Below, in pieces: positions 11,826-22,493 of a stretch of 32,340 nucleotides of DNA. The stretch spans positions 81,846,478 through 81,878,817 of the forward strand of contig NC_068990.1 of NCBI RefSeq assembly GCF_001194135.2, in the 5' to 3' direction. Source of the DNA: Octopus bimaculoides. Its lineage: Eukaryota. The translations under genes and the position numbers were made by a program. Within the stretch, counting starts at the first letter, position 1. Every line of letters begins with the position of its first letter. The notes under the pieces are model-generated. The model was not told the DNA's origin, searched no databases, and saw only the letters and a list, made by a program, of their open reading frames with translations.

Positions 11826-13437
11826 TTTCAAAAATTTATATCTTTCTCTAGAATTATATTATAGAAAATTTAATTTACTTCGAATGTATTATCACTTCAA
11901 TCACTGTCTTCAAATAAAAATTAAAATAGGGGTATTTTTTTTTTATTGTTTTCTCCCATAATTTTTTTTGTCTTTCCTTTTCGTTTTCTGCATTATCAGA
12001 AAATTCTTCATCAAGCGTAGTTAGCTGAAATGTTTAACAAAATTTGTAAAATAAGTTATGTTTGTTCACTGTGAGGAAAGGCAGGTTTGAGCAGAAAAAT
12101 GCAAAATGCCATTCAAGGCACTGCCCTAAACGTCAGAACTTGCATCTCCTAAACAACACACAAACTTCTGTTATTTTATAAATTTTATTAACCGTATTTT
12201 GCTAAATGCCCTTACTAGCTTCCTCTAATTCTACTTTTTATTTTTTTTTTATTTGTCTTTTGCAATTTTTCTTTCCTGTAATGTGTAATAGTTGTTAAGT
12301 GGTAAACATCAGCTTTTTAATTAATATTATAAAGGTGAGCTTGGCCTCCTGTTAAGAGCCTAACCTTCATATCAAAGTTAGCTGTTTTTAATAAACTCAT
12401 TCATATAATAACCAGAAGATTAGAACTATGTTTATTTTATGTTCTTTCTGTTTTGTTGAACAAAATAATAGAATATTGTATTGTTTTTTTGAAAACATTC
12501 ATTAATCTGTATTCCATTACTCTTCAACAATGTTACTGCTTCAATTGCCTTACTTCAAGAACTTGTCAAACTGAGATAACAAACACTAAACAACTTTCCA
12601 ATTAAAATCTTATGCAGGCAATTTTCAAAACCTGTTTATTGCCAAAATAAATATTTTACAATGAAGCTGTGTATTATTAAGGCTATTTATTTATTTATTA
12701 TTGTTGTTATTATTATTATTATTTTAATTTGTTTTCATTTTTTAAAACTTGAATCTAGAATGTCATTTATTAAAGTTACATTTTGGGTTTTGCATATTAA
12801 GACTGTTCTAATATGCATGCAATTCATTGATAATCTAATAATTCCTAATATAATTTAATCTTAAAATTTCTATTGGGAGAAATTGGGATTGGGGAGGATT
12901 TTTTTGTTCTGGCTTGTGTGTTGTAATTCCTTACTTTGTACTGTCACCAGGTTTATATCTCTGAAGATTTTTACTATTCATAAGTTAGTTGCAAATCTAT
13001 ATTTCAATTGTTCAGGGTAAATATTAGTTTCTATTAAAGTTTATTCTCTTACTGAAACTATGAAGTGGCTTAATAACCTTGCATTGTTACTAATTGCTTA
13101 GGCGCAAGTTCTTACCTTACCTCAGCCTTCATGCTGTTTCTTCTAAATTACACATTATTCCACCTCTTTCAGATTGTCCTAATGAAACAGTACTTACTTC
13201 AAAAGTCGAATTACTAGCTGTAAATTTACCTTTGTTTTAGCTATTTAATTGTAAAATTCCTACCTAGTATGGAAAGCACAATTCATGTGCAGTACTTAGT
13301 TATAGAATTGGGATACTACACATAATTGTACTGTATTTTGTGTATCAGTTTGTAGTGAACGTTATAAAGGTTCGAAATTGTTTACATATCGTTTTACATC
13401 TTTTCATGCTGAGTATAGTTTAGAGCATTTTTCTCTT

Positions 13438-13443
<6 letters not shown>

Positions 13444-13492
<49 letters not shown>
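13444..13492. repeat. Pure (TA)n microsatellite
   Basis: Directly visible. Confidence 0.95.
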
Positions 13493-13500
<8 letters not shown>

Positions 13501-13874
13501 CACATATTGGTGGGGAGGTATTTAAATGTGTGTGGATGAATGCATTTAAATGTGCATATATATCTGTACATATATATATATATGTATAAATAGGTATATG
13601 TGTGTAGATAAAATCAAGTTATGATATGTTTATGCTATATAAGGCACACATCAATTAAGCTACCACCATGGTGGATCTAATTTTTTGTTATTCACGGAGA
13701 TAGAAATTGATAGGAGGGTAGAATAGAAATAGTATGGTATAGTGAAAAGGAAATGTGGTGAGTGATATATAGGCAGGATTTGGATGAAATAGACAAGAGA
13801 GGCTGAAGATGAATACTTAGGTATAAAATAGGGAAAGACCTGAGTATAGATATTAATTATACATCTCAGCATCC

Positions 13875-14480
13875 ACCATTACTTCATCATTATCAATACA
13901 TTTGCCACGCAGTCCCGGTGGTTAAGCCTTCTCCTGTATTGCAATCTCCACTACTCTGTCCTCTGCCTACCTCAAAATCCCTTTTCCACAGGTTCTGTCA
14001 GCCCTTAACACTTCTTTATACAGCTGTTGTCATCCATATTACATCACATGTGCAGTCATCTCTCTTGCACACTACATCTGATTGTTTAGCTCCATTTGTA
14101 TTTTGTCATTCATTCACCATAATGTCATGCAACCAACAACACATGCTCACTTTATTTATTTCTGGTCTTCAGCAATCCTCTACACTCAAGGCCCACATCT
14201 CACTGACATACAACATCACACTTCATATATAAAGATATCAACCATTCTACACTTTGTTCTGAAGGATATATTATTTGTCACCTGCACTTGTTTCAACCCA
14301 TTCTTATTCTTGCTATTATTTGCCACTATATTTTCAGGACACCCACCCCATTGGTAATTAGGTCATGTACATAAAACTATGCTATCGACTACTTCTAAGG
14401 AGCCTTCCTGACATTTTACTCTGTTTTTTGCCCGACTCCTGCCATCTAGAAATTATACCTTTTCTTTTAGCTTGGCTGTA
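13875..14480 (-). mobile_element. Decayed RTE-clade LINE fragment (post-RT C-terminal region)
   Basis: Minus strand reads KCQEGSLEVVDS (compare KCQGGSLEVADS in the 1112-2464 copy), then ARIRMG, SFRTK and VMLYVSEMWALSVED. It ends in a tgataatgatga-like tail near 13880. Confidence 0.75.
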
Positions 14481-14499
14481 TCTCTCTTGACCTCGTCTG

Positions 14500-15760
14500 T
14501 GGTTTACATGGGGTACCCTTATGATATTTTTACCTAGTCCTCTGCTGTCTTCTTCCTTAGTTTTTATTCACATTGATCACTTGGTAATTTCTATTTTATC
14601 TGTCATCATCCGTATGCATTGCATATCCATTCCAACATGTTTGTGTCTCGTGCACACTGCATCTGATTAATCTCAGCTTATCTGCTTCATAATTCATGCA
14701 CACTAATCTTACACATTTATCTGACCAAGCTTGTTTTATTTCTTCCCCACTTTTGAAAAACCTCGCATTCCGTACCTACATGTCACTGTCATGCAGTGTT
14801 ACATGATATACATGATAGGGAATCTTTTTGTTAGATGATGTAATGGTTCACTGAGTTTTATCCAGCTTGGTCTTATTCTGGCCACTATACTTTGAAAACA
14901 TGCTCCTTGAGTTGGTTACTTAGGTAGCTAAATCTTTCAGCAACAGTTTACTAGTACTTTATTAATTATTTGTGTGCATCTGTGACATATAAAATGCTTA
15001 TTCATTGTCAGCCTTCCTATATCATCCTTGTACATCTTGTGCATGCACACACCTCTCCAAGAACATTATATGGAACTTCTGCCTTTTCTTTTCTGTATAT
15101 TATGCATGGCTATTTCCCTAGTGGTCCTGTCCTACCCTCATGCTTCTTAATTCTAGGTTATGTTTCTTCTTCTTAAATTTTTTTTGTAAATCTCTCACAG
15201 TATCCCTGATGAGTACCTAGATCACCAGTATATAGAAGTTCCCATGGACAGCTTGTTTTTAAATCTTCTGTTACAATAATAGAAGAGAACTGAGCTTGGA
15301 TGAATGCCTACCTGCACACTACATTCCTTACTGAACTCATTGTCAGTTCTCACATGACTGACTGCTTTTCAGTACATATTGTGCAATGCTCTCATAAGCC
15401 AGTATTTCCAGTGAATACTTTGAGACCATTAGGCTACAGCTTGTGGTATCCTTGTCAAATACCTTCTCCTTATCAACAGATTTTTGAAGAAATGTATTCT
15501 GAACTATCTAATTCTCTTGTAGTTGTCTCACTAGGTAGAAAACATCAGTAGTCCCTCAAGCTGCTGCATCTAATCTAAGCTGATTGTCTTCCTAATCTGT
15601 TGTGCTATGTAAATTTTTGTTACTTTTATAATTTGGTCTCTCAGTTTGATAGACCAAGGTTCATTCTTGAGCATCACCTTTGCTTTTAGAGTAGCTGATG
15701 ATACAGCTGTTAGATATTGGGTAGATCACCTACCTGTATTACATGATTGACTAATTAGCT
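14500..15760 (-). mobile_element. Decayed RTE-clade LINE fragment (RT domain through C-terminus)
   Basis: Minus strand reads KSKGDAQE..IKLRDQIIKV..GTTDVFYLVRQLQE..EKVFDK..VQVGIHPSSVL..SCPWELLYTGDL..VAERFSYL..VARIRPSWIKL. Many stops and frameshifts. Confidence 0.88.
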
Positions 15761-16941
15761 TGTGTACTACTTCACTACATTTTTCACAAAATTTATCATA
15801 TGTGTATCTACATAGGCACATTCATTCGGTTGTTTTATTTCTTTTATAAACAAAAACATGAATGAGAAATATTGAAATAAATTAAAATTTTAGAAAGCCT
15901 TTAGATGTGATAATCTATTATACAATAACGTAAATACATTCCTTCTGTAGTTTTGAAGTGTAAAAGAGAAAGAATGAATTTACTTGATTATGTAGTTCAA
16001 GATAAAGGCTTTCTCATATTTAAATGAGAGAAACAGAAGTGTGTGTGTGCCTACATATATCTATGTATATCTGCATGTATCGTATGTATATGTGTGTGTT
16101 TTGTACTCATTTCAGGTTTTATGTTCTCCTGGGTTTAAAGGTGTTATACATTCTTTTGAGGAACAGTCAGTAGATGCAAATTATTCATCCTTTTCCGTCT
16201 CAGGTGTTAACTTTGGAGATGCTGGATAACAACAAAGCATTTGAAAAAAAAATTCGTGATAGAACATAAAAACATTGTATCAATTTCCTTAAGTACAGCT
16301 ATTCAATATGAAATTTTCGTTATCCATTAACTCCATTATGTCTTGCATCTATATATGAGAGGAGGGGAAATAACCCACCACTTGTATCTAAGAGTTACTG
16401 ACCTTTGAAGAAGGCAGGTGCCTTTGAAAACAACCACGTTCTGTGTTTTTCTGTCTCATGACAATTTTTTACATCCAGTTTTTCCGGATATGTTTAGTTG
16501 AAAACTATCGAAGAACTTGTCTCTGTGACAACTAATGTCTCTGTGACAACTATCAAATATTTACAGTCATTCACTGGCTCAGTTTCTTTCTCCCTGTTCC
16601 CTCTCTCTGTTTTTCTTTTCCTATAAAACAATCACTACTGTATTTCCCAGAAAACAGTTTACTTCTGTGTTTTGCTCCTTTTTCTGTCTCTCCTATAGCT
16701 ACAGCCTGCTCCTTAGATTAACCTCCTGCATGCACTTGTCCAATTTGAGATATTTAAGCCATTTAAGATTTCTTTTTTGCTTGGTTTGTAGTCAAAACTC
16801 TTTCTCTTGTTTTGTTCTGTGATATTTTTGTTAGGCTCCTACTATTACTATTAAACACTGCTAGACACATTGTAGTCCCTTCTCAAATTATTCAAGACTA
16901 TAGTATATTTAGTGGAGGGCTGATTAAGGATTTGTTCATAC

Positions 16942-16987
16942 TCTGGTGCTGGTGCCACATAAAAAGCATCCAGTACACTCTGTAAAG
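16942..16987 (+). mobile_element. RTE 3'-UTR fragment, truncated at an inverted-repeat element
   Basis: ggtgctggtgccacataaaaagcatccagtacactctgtaaag; the same motif lies at 28556-28597. Confidence 0.7.
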
Positions 16988-17196
16988 GGGAGACAAATGT
17001 TTTTAGTTGGAGTTATGAACTCTTTTTCAACAGGAAGTTTATGTCTGTTCCTAGAGAAATAAGGTCACTGAAGGGTATGTGCGTTAAGAAATGGTTGGAA
17101 TTTCTCTATGAAAAGATTCTCCTTGTTGATTCTTTCTTGTGTGGAGATTCCTTATATTCCCTTTCTATCTCCAACTAAAAACATTTGTCTCCCCTT
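16985..17196. repeat. Perfect 28-bp inverted repeat enclosing a 156-bp spacer (probable MITE)
   Basis: aaggggagacaaatgtttttagttggag (16985-17012) is the exact reverse complement of ctccaactaaaaacatttgtctcccctt (17169-17196). Confidence 0.85.
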
Positions 17197-18339
17197 ACAC
17201 ACACACTTCCTGTTTTGACACCACACTTCCAGCTTAACACAAACTTTTAACCCTTTTTTTAAACCTAACACAACTCTCAATTCTCATGCATCCTTATTTT
17301 TCCAACCATTATATACATGAACTACCGTTGAACTTCAAAAGCTCAAAGACAATATAATGTATTGGTATAGTTATTTTTTTATATATTATTTTCTTCATTT
17401 TGTACTTCTTTGTAAAAAAATATTTTCATTCTCCTTCTTGAAAATTTGCTTTCGCAATGAAAGCCGGTTAGAAATCTTTATTAAAACATGCTTCCAATTT
17501 AGCATTCTGCCTTATTCTTCATTTTCCTATTATTTCTCCACGTGCGGTTAACACAACCCCACTATTTACTGACTTATATATATATAGATATATTCCTATC
17601 TTTGTCTTTGTAAAGTTTATTTGTTTGTTGCTACTTCCTATTTAGCTTCTAATTATTTCACTGGGGACAACACAACATTGTAGACATCTTACCTTGACTT
17701 CCTTTTGACTTTAATTTCCAAAATTTTTGCTTTTATTTTATTTTTGTTATTAGCCTTTTTTTTTTAGTTTGGGTTCATGCCTTGTTTAATCTTTCACAGT
17801 GTACATATAAGTGTGTGTCACTGACCACTCTGACTTATTTTCTTAGCCCATTTTCCCTTTAATTACTGAAACCACCATACACCATTGATGTCCCCTGGTC
17901 CTTTTGTATATTTCAAAGTCTTATAGTTTGGCTGATGTCCAATGTAGACAACATTATACTGGTGACACCCATTGAGGCAGAAATGTGTTCACATCTCTAT
18001 TCTTGTTTCCACTGATTGTTGATTCCTTGAAATTATTTCCCCTTCTCATTTGTCAGTGGTTGTACTTACTGCTAGGTGTTTATTTACCTTCTCTTACAGT
18101 GAATATTGTTTCAGTAAATCAAATAATTTATTTAGTGTGATATTAAGACTGTCTTTCATATTTATATTTATTATTTACTGAATGGCTAAGTTCACTAAAG
18201 CGATGTCCTTTTAAAGAGTTACTTTATTCTTTCAGACTTAAATATTTTACAGTATCCAAACTTATTTTCACCTGTATATACAACTGAATGTCCCCCCCCC
18301 CCACAAACACACACTTGATTGCAATGGGTTGTTGCTCTA

Positions 18340-18460
18340 TTTCTCTCTACTCCAGTTGACTCAAATTGCAATGTTCAACCTGAGGCTCTGGTAGATGGTG
18401 CTTGCCCAAGGTATCGTGTTTGCAAAGCAAGTGTCTTTACTACCCAGATATGCCTGAAAG
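18340..18460 (-). mobile_element. Degenerate CORE-type SINE, antisense
   Basis: Reverse complement reads caggcatatctgggtagtaaagacacttgct...accttgggcaagcaccatctaccagagcctcagg, which contains the CORE-like accttgggcaag. Confidence 0.55.
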
Positions 18461-20739
18461 TTTGCCGTTAGAAGTTTCTAGTTTGACTGTGTGTGGAACC
18501 TCCTGAGGTTTGGAAGTTGTCTTGTTTATAAGATTTTCAGCTGTAGGCCATTTTGTTTATAATCAAAATGGCTTGGGTTTCAACAGAATTATGGTTTAAT
18601 CTGAAATCTATGACATAGGCTTCTCAGTAATGGCATCAAATGAAATTTGATTTGGGTATCTTAACATCAATAGTTATTCCTTTGAGATTTTTTAATGGTG
18701 TTTATCTTTCAGAAACCAGAAATAGCTTATTTTCATAACCACGCATAATCATCTTGTAATTGTTTTTACATATTCATTCCAGTTCATTTTGTGAGCACAA
18801 AATGAAAAGATGAATTACTGAATACTGTAAAATATATGAAAGTATGAAATGGTGATGGGGTTTTTTTTTCTGCCTTTTATTTGTGCTGCACTTTAATTAG
18901 AACCTTCATTGATCATCTTCAGATACACATATTTTCTTTTATATTATTACTGAAGCTGGAACTCATGTATGTATATCTGATATTTGTTGTGGATAATGAT
19001 GATAGCATTCAGTAATATGGGTAGTGAGGCGGTTATCCAAGAGTGTCTGCATTTCATTTATAAGAGACCTTCAACTTCTGTTTTCTACTCTTCTTTTGGG
19101 GGTTTTTTTCGGTTATACATCTGGTTATTAATAATGCTGCTCCTAGATAAAATATGTCCCCACTCAGGCCCTTAGTGGCACACACTGTTCACACAAAGCA
19201 TAGTAATGTTTCTAATTTTAGGGGTAAAATTATCAAAATATTTTGTAAAAAATATGTTTTTTGGACTAAACCATTGAACCGGCCGTCACTTCTCATGTTT
19301 CTGATGTTTTATCCGATCTCAGCTATATAGATTTTCTTAATGCAATAGGTATGTATGTTGTTTATGTTAGCCCCTGATGTTCTGAATTCAAATTTTGCCA
19401 CAGTCACCTTGGCCTTTCAACTGTTTATATTTCTAAATCACTAAAGCTTTGTATCCTAAATTAAAAATCATTATAGAAAAAGATAGTTTTAGAAGGGGAA
19501 ACAACTGTATAATATTATGGACAACTTCTCTGCTTGAAATTTGCTTTCAATATTATCCCTTCATCTTCCACACTATTATACTCTTGACGCGAGTTAGCTT
19601 TGTAAGTTACCTTTAATTGTTTAATACAAAGAGTTACGCTGAAGAGTTATTCCCCCTTTCAGATTTAAAGCTTGTTATAAACATTCTCAACTCTCACAAA
19701 GCTTCCTTCTAAATATTTCAATTTTCTGACCTATCTAACTCAGGCTGGAGGAAAGCGTTGCATGTAGTTGTAAAGTTGAAATTGATATCAAAAGATATGA
19801 CTAGTCATATGAAGTAACAAGAACGATTATCTAGTAATATGTCATCAGTATCTCATTTACAAAAATTAACAATATTGACATAATTAAACATGTATCTGGC
19901 TGTGTGTATTTGTGTTGTAAGTGCTTTTTATCTCATCATTTGCATTTATCATTCTTGTATTATTCATTAATTTTCATCTTAAAAGCTTCAAGTGACAGCA
20001 TTTTAAGCATTTCGCAGATAGTTACTATTAAAATCCTAAGAAACTTGTTCACTACATACAAAAATATATTGTAGTTATATTTAATGCAAATCTTTGCAAC
20101 CCCTGTTTTCCAGTTTTTAATAGCAACTCTATGATAATCACAAATTCACGTTCTTTGTCTTTATTTGTTTTCATTAATCACCAAGAAGAGAGAAATATGT
20201 GCTTGTATGTGGTTGTGATGCTATGCTAATTTCTTCTTTTGTCTCTAGCCAGTCATTGAGTAGACCTAAAGTGAAAAGTGTTCCACCTATGACCAATCTA
20301 TTTTGTTTGCAAGCAGTAAACCTTTCTTCGCTATAAAACAGTAGGATGTAATCTGTAGGCGCTTTAACTTCCATTTACAGCAGATCAACCAACCACATTG
20401 ATACACCTTTATTGTCTTGCTTCTAATTCGTTACAACTTACTGGGTGAAGTGAGCTAATGATATATTGTCTTTAAGAATATTTCTTTATGGAGATTCAGT
20501 CAATTGCTTCTCTGATAAACTGGTAGAAATGCTTATTCCAAAGATATCAATTTTAGTTGTTTTTTGTTTCACATGTGTCAATTCAGGAAAATGGTCTGCA
20601 TCAAGTTTGTGATAAAATCAACGTATTTTATCATATATCCATTGTTTTGGATTTGAAATATCTCCATTATTTTAATCTGAAAGTGTGAGAATTATTGCCC
20701 AATATATAATGTTCTGTTTTCTTTTTCTTTTCATTCCAG

Positions 20740-20916
20740 GAATGCCTGAAGGCTACCCTAGAATTACTGATCACCCATCATTAAAGGCTGTGGAAAAAGA
20801 TAGGAATACTATCTTACAATGCCATGCAAAAGGGGATCCAAAGCCTTCAATAATTTGGTTAAGAGATTTCATCCCAGTTGACCTCAGCAATCCACGTTTA
20901 ACTTTACTTGAAGGGG
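20740..20916 (+). CDS. Lar: LAR-family receptor protein tyrosine phosphatase, exon encoding the N-terminal part of Ig2 (177 nt, phase 1-1)
   Basis: Acceptor ttctgttttctttttcttttcattccag|GA and donor GGGG|gtgagt. Translates as (G)MPEGYPRITDHPSLKAVEKDRNTILQCHAKGDPKPSIIWLRDFIPVDLSNPRLTLLEG. This matches my recalled LAR/PTPRD Ig2 pattern (PxGFP...LKxVEK...C.A.G.P.P.I.WxxDFxPVD). The first residue depends on the unseen upstream exon. Confidence 0.93.
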
Positions 20917-22252
20917 GTGAGTGCAATTGTTGTTCCCACATCATATATTTAGTATTTGTTGTTCTTTTAATGAAGTTTAAACAATGGAAACACTTAAGTG
21001 ATTCTTATAATACTTATCTGAGATTCTATCACATTATTGTAGTAAAAGAATATAGGAAACTTTAAATTTTCAAAGTATCTAAATCTTTAACTCCACTTGA
21101 AATGTGTGTGCGTGCGTGCATGTGTCTGTGTGTGCGTGCGTGAGTGTATTCTCTCATAAATCTTTGCACTTGGTGATAAGATAAATTCCTTGCTTGTGTT
21201 GCTTGAATTATTGCCTTGCTTTTCAAATTTATATAAGTTGAATTTTGTTAAATAGACAGACTTTAGATATCTAAAACTTTAGACACCCTCACTTTTTTCC
21301 CTACCAATTATGGAATAATTAATGCTTTTTCTTTTTTTTTGCACATTTTATTCAATTATTTCAACATCAAAATTCATAATTTTCTTTGTTATAAATTGCT
21401 TGCAGTATGTTTCATTACATATTAAATTCATGTTTTTTTAAAATCTATATTTCTGTCAATTTGCACCCGGAACTGTTTATTTTTCACAACTTCTCAGAGT
21501 TTACAATCTAATTGTAATTAGATTGAATTGCTTTGATTTAAATTTTAATTAGTTTGGTAAGTCTAGTTCATTTCAGTTTCATTAAATTATATAAATAACA
21601 TAGGAAATAAAACAAGAACAAAATCTAGATTTTGACTTATATTCTAACATATAAGATAATAAATCCTATAATTATGCAAATATATATATTTTTATATTAT
21701 TTCGTTTTATTTTTATTGTTGACAACAATACCTATATCTCTAAAATAAAAAAAAGTTAGTCAGGTAAATTTGTTTCCTTAGAAGAAGAAAAAAAAGGGCG
21801 GGGGGTGGGTGTTCTTTTTTAACAATATAGTGATGATTAAGTTCTGACAAATAATTGTTAATAATTTAGTTATCTAAGGTGATGATATGTCAGATTCGGT
21901 AGCATGCTGGGCAAAAAGCTTAGCTGCATTTCATCCATCTGTGTTCAAGATTCATGTAATCATAGTTATAGAAGTGAAGTGAGCAATAACATTGCTCTCT
22001 TTTAAGTAGAGGTCCATAATAATTCCATCTAGTGAAATTATATCTAAACTTGTGTCTACTTATTTTAGTAATTTAATATCTGTGCTATGTAATATCCATT
22101 TATAGCAAATAAAAATACTCACAATGACATCTCTGTGATGTTTGAAAAATTTCTTTTTAGGCTAGGAACATTGAAAGCTTTAAAAGCAGCTGTGTTATCA
22201 TTGTGAAAGGTAGTTTGCTGCTTAAAACAGAGCATGGATAATTAGCTTTTAA

Positions 22253-22493
22253 CCCTTTAACTGTGAAAATTAAATTTCATGGTCATTCTAGTTATGATGT
22301 TAAATGTTTACCTAAAAAAATAGAACTGATATTTTCTGCAAGTAATGTTGCCTTAATAAACTTGACATATCTCAACAATAAATGGTTTCAAACAGGAAAC
22401 TCAACAAAAATTAGATTTGCATATAAAACTGCTTCCCGCAGTTTAGGGCAATGAAATTTTGAGAGGATCTATCTGATTTCTGCAGTAAAAGGG
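22253..22493. mobile_element. piggyBac-type MITE (241 bp)
   Basis: ttaa|ccctttaactgtgaaaat ... atttctgcagtaaaaggg|ttaa: imperfect TIR, intact TTAA duplication, and CCC/GGG termini. Confidence 0.8.

Noticed and set aside
16201-16270. Good-looking acceptor ttttccgtctcag|gt as an Ig1 exon or recursive splice site
   Set aside because: All readings lack Ig motifs and hit stops, and the GT after the AG (gtgtta) is not a consensus donor.
16400-16440. ttgaagaaggc-aggt-gcctttgaaaac, a second hammerhead-like string
   Set aside because: The core lacks the invariant C, extra bases precede GAAA, and I found no stem I or NUH geometry.
16518-16552. 18-bp tandem duplication tgtctctgtgacaacta(a)
   Set aside because: An ordinary local slippage duplication with no further structure.
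20685-21065. 126-aa ORF as a complete gene
   Set aside because: Only 20740-20916 is exonic. The flanks are polypyrimidine tract and intron read-through.
21190-21245. Cluster of TGC motifs before ataag|TTGAATTTT|gttaaa (9 nt)
   Set aside because: Inclusion creates an in-frame TGA with the next exon, and the donor is poor.
21528-21562. TGC-preceded ag|TTTG|gtaagt, a 4-nt microexon candidate with a consensus donor
   Set aside because: It shifts frame, and the alternative upstream acceptors give 35, 57 (in-frame TAG) or 59 nt. It could only work paired with another exon, for which I have no support.
21797-21810. gggcggggggtggg as a G-quadruplex
   Set aside because: It has only three separated G-runs and no canonical four-tract pattern.
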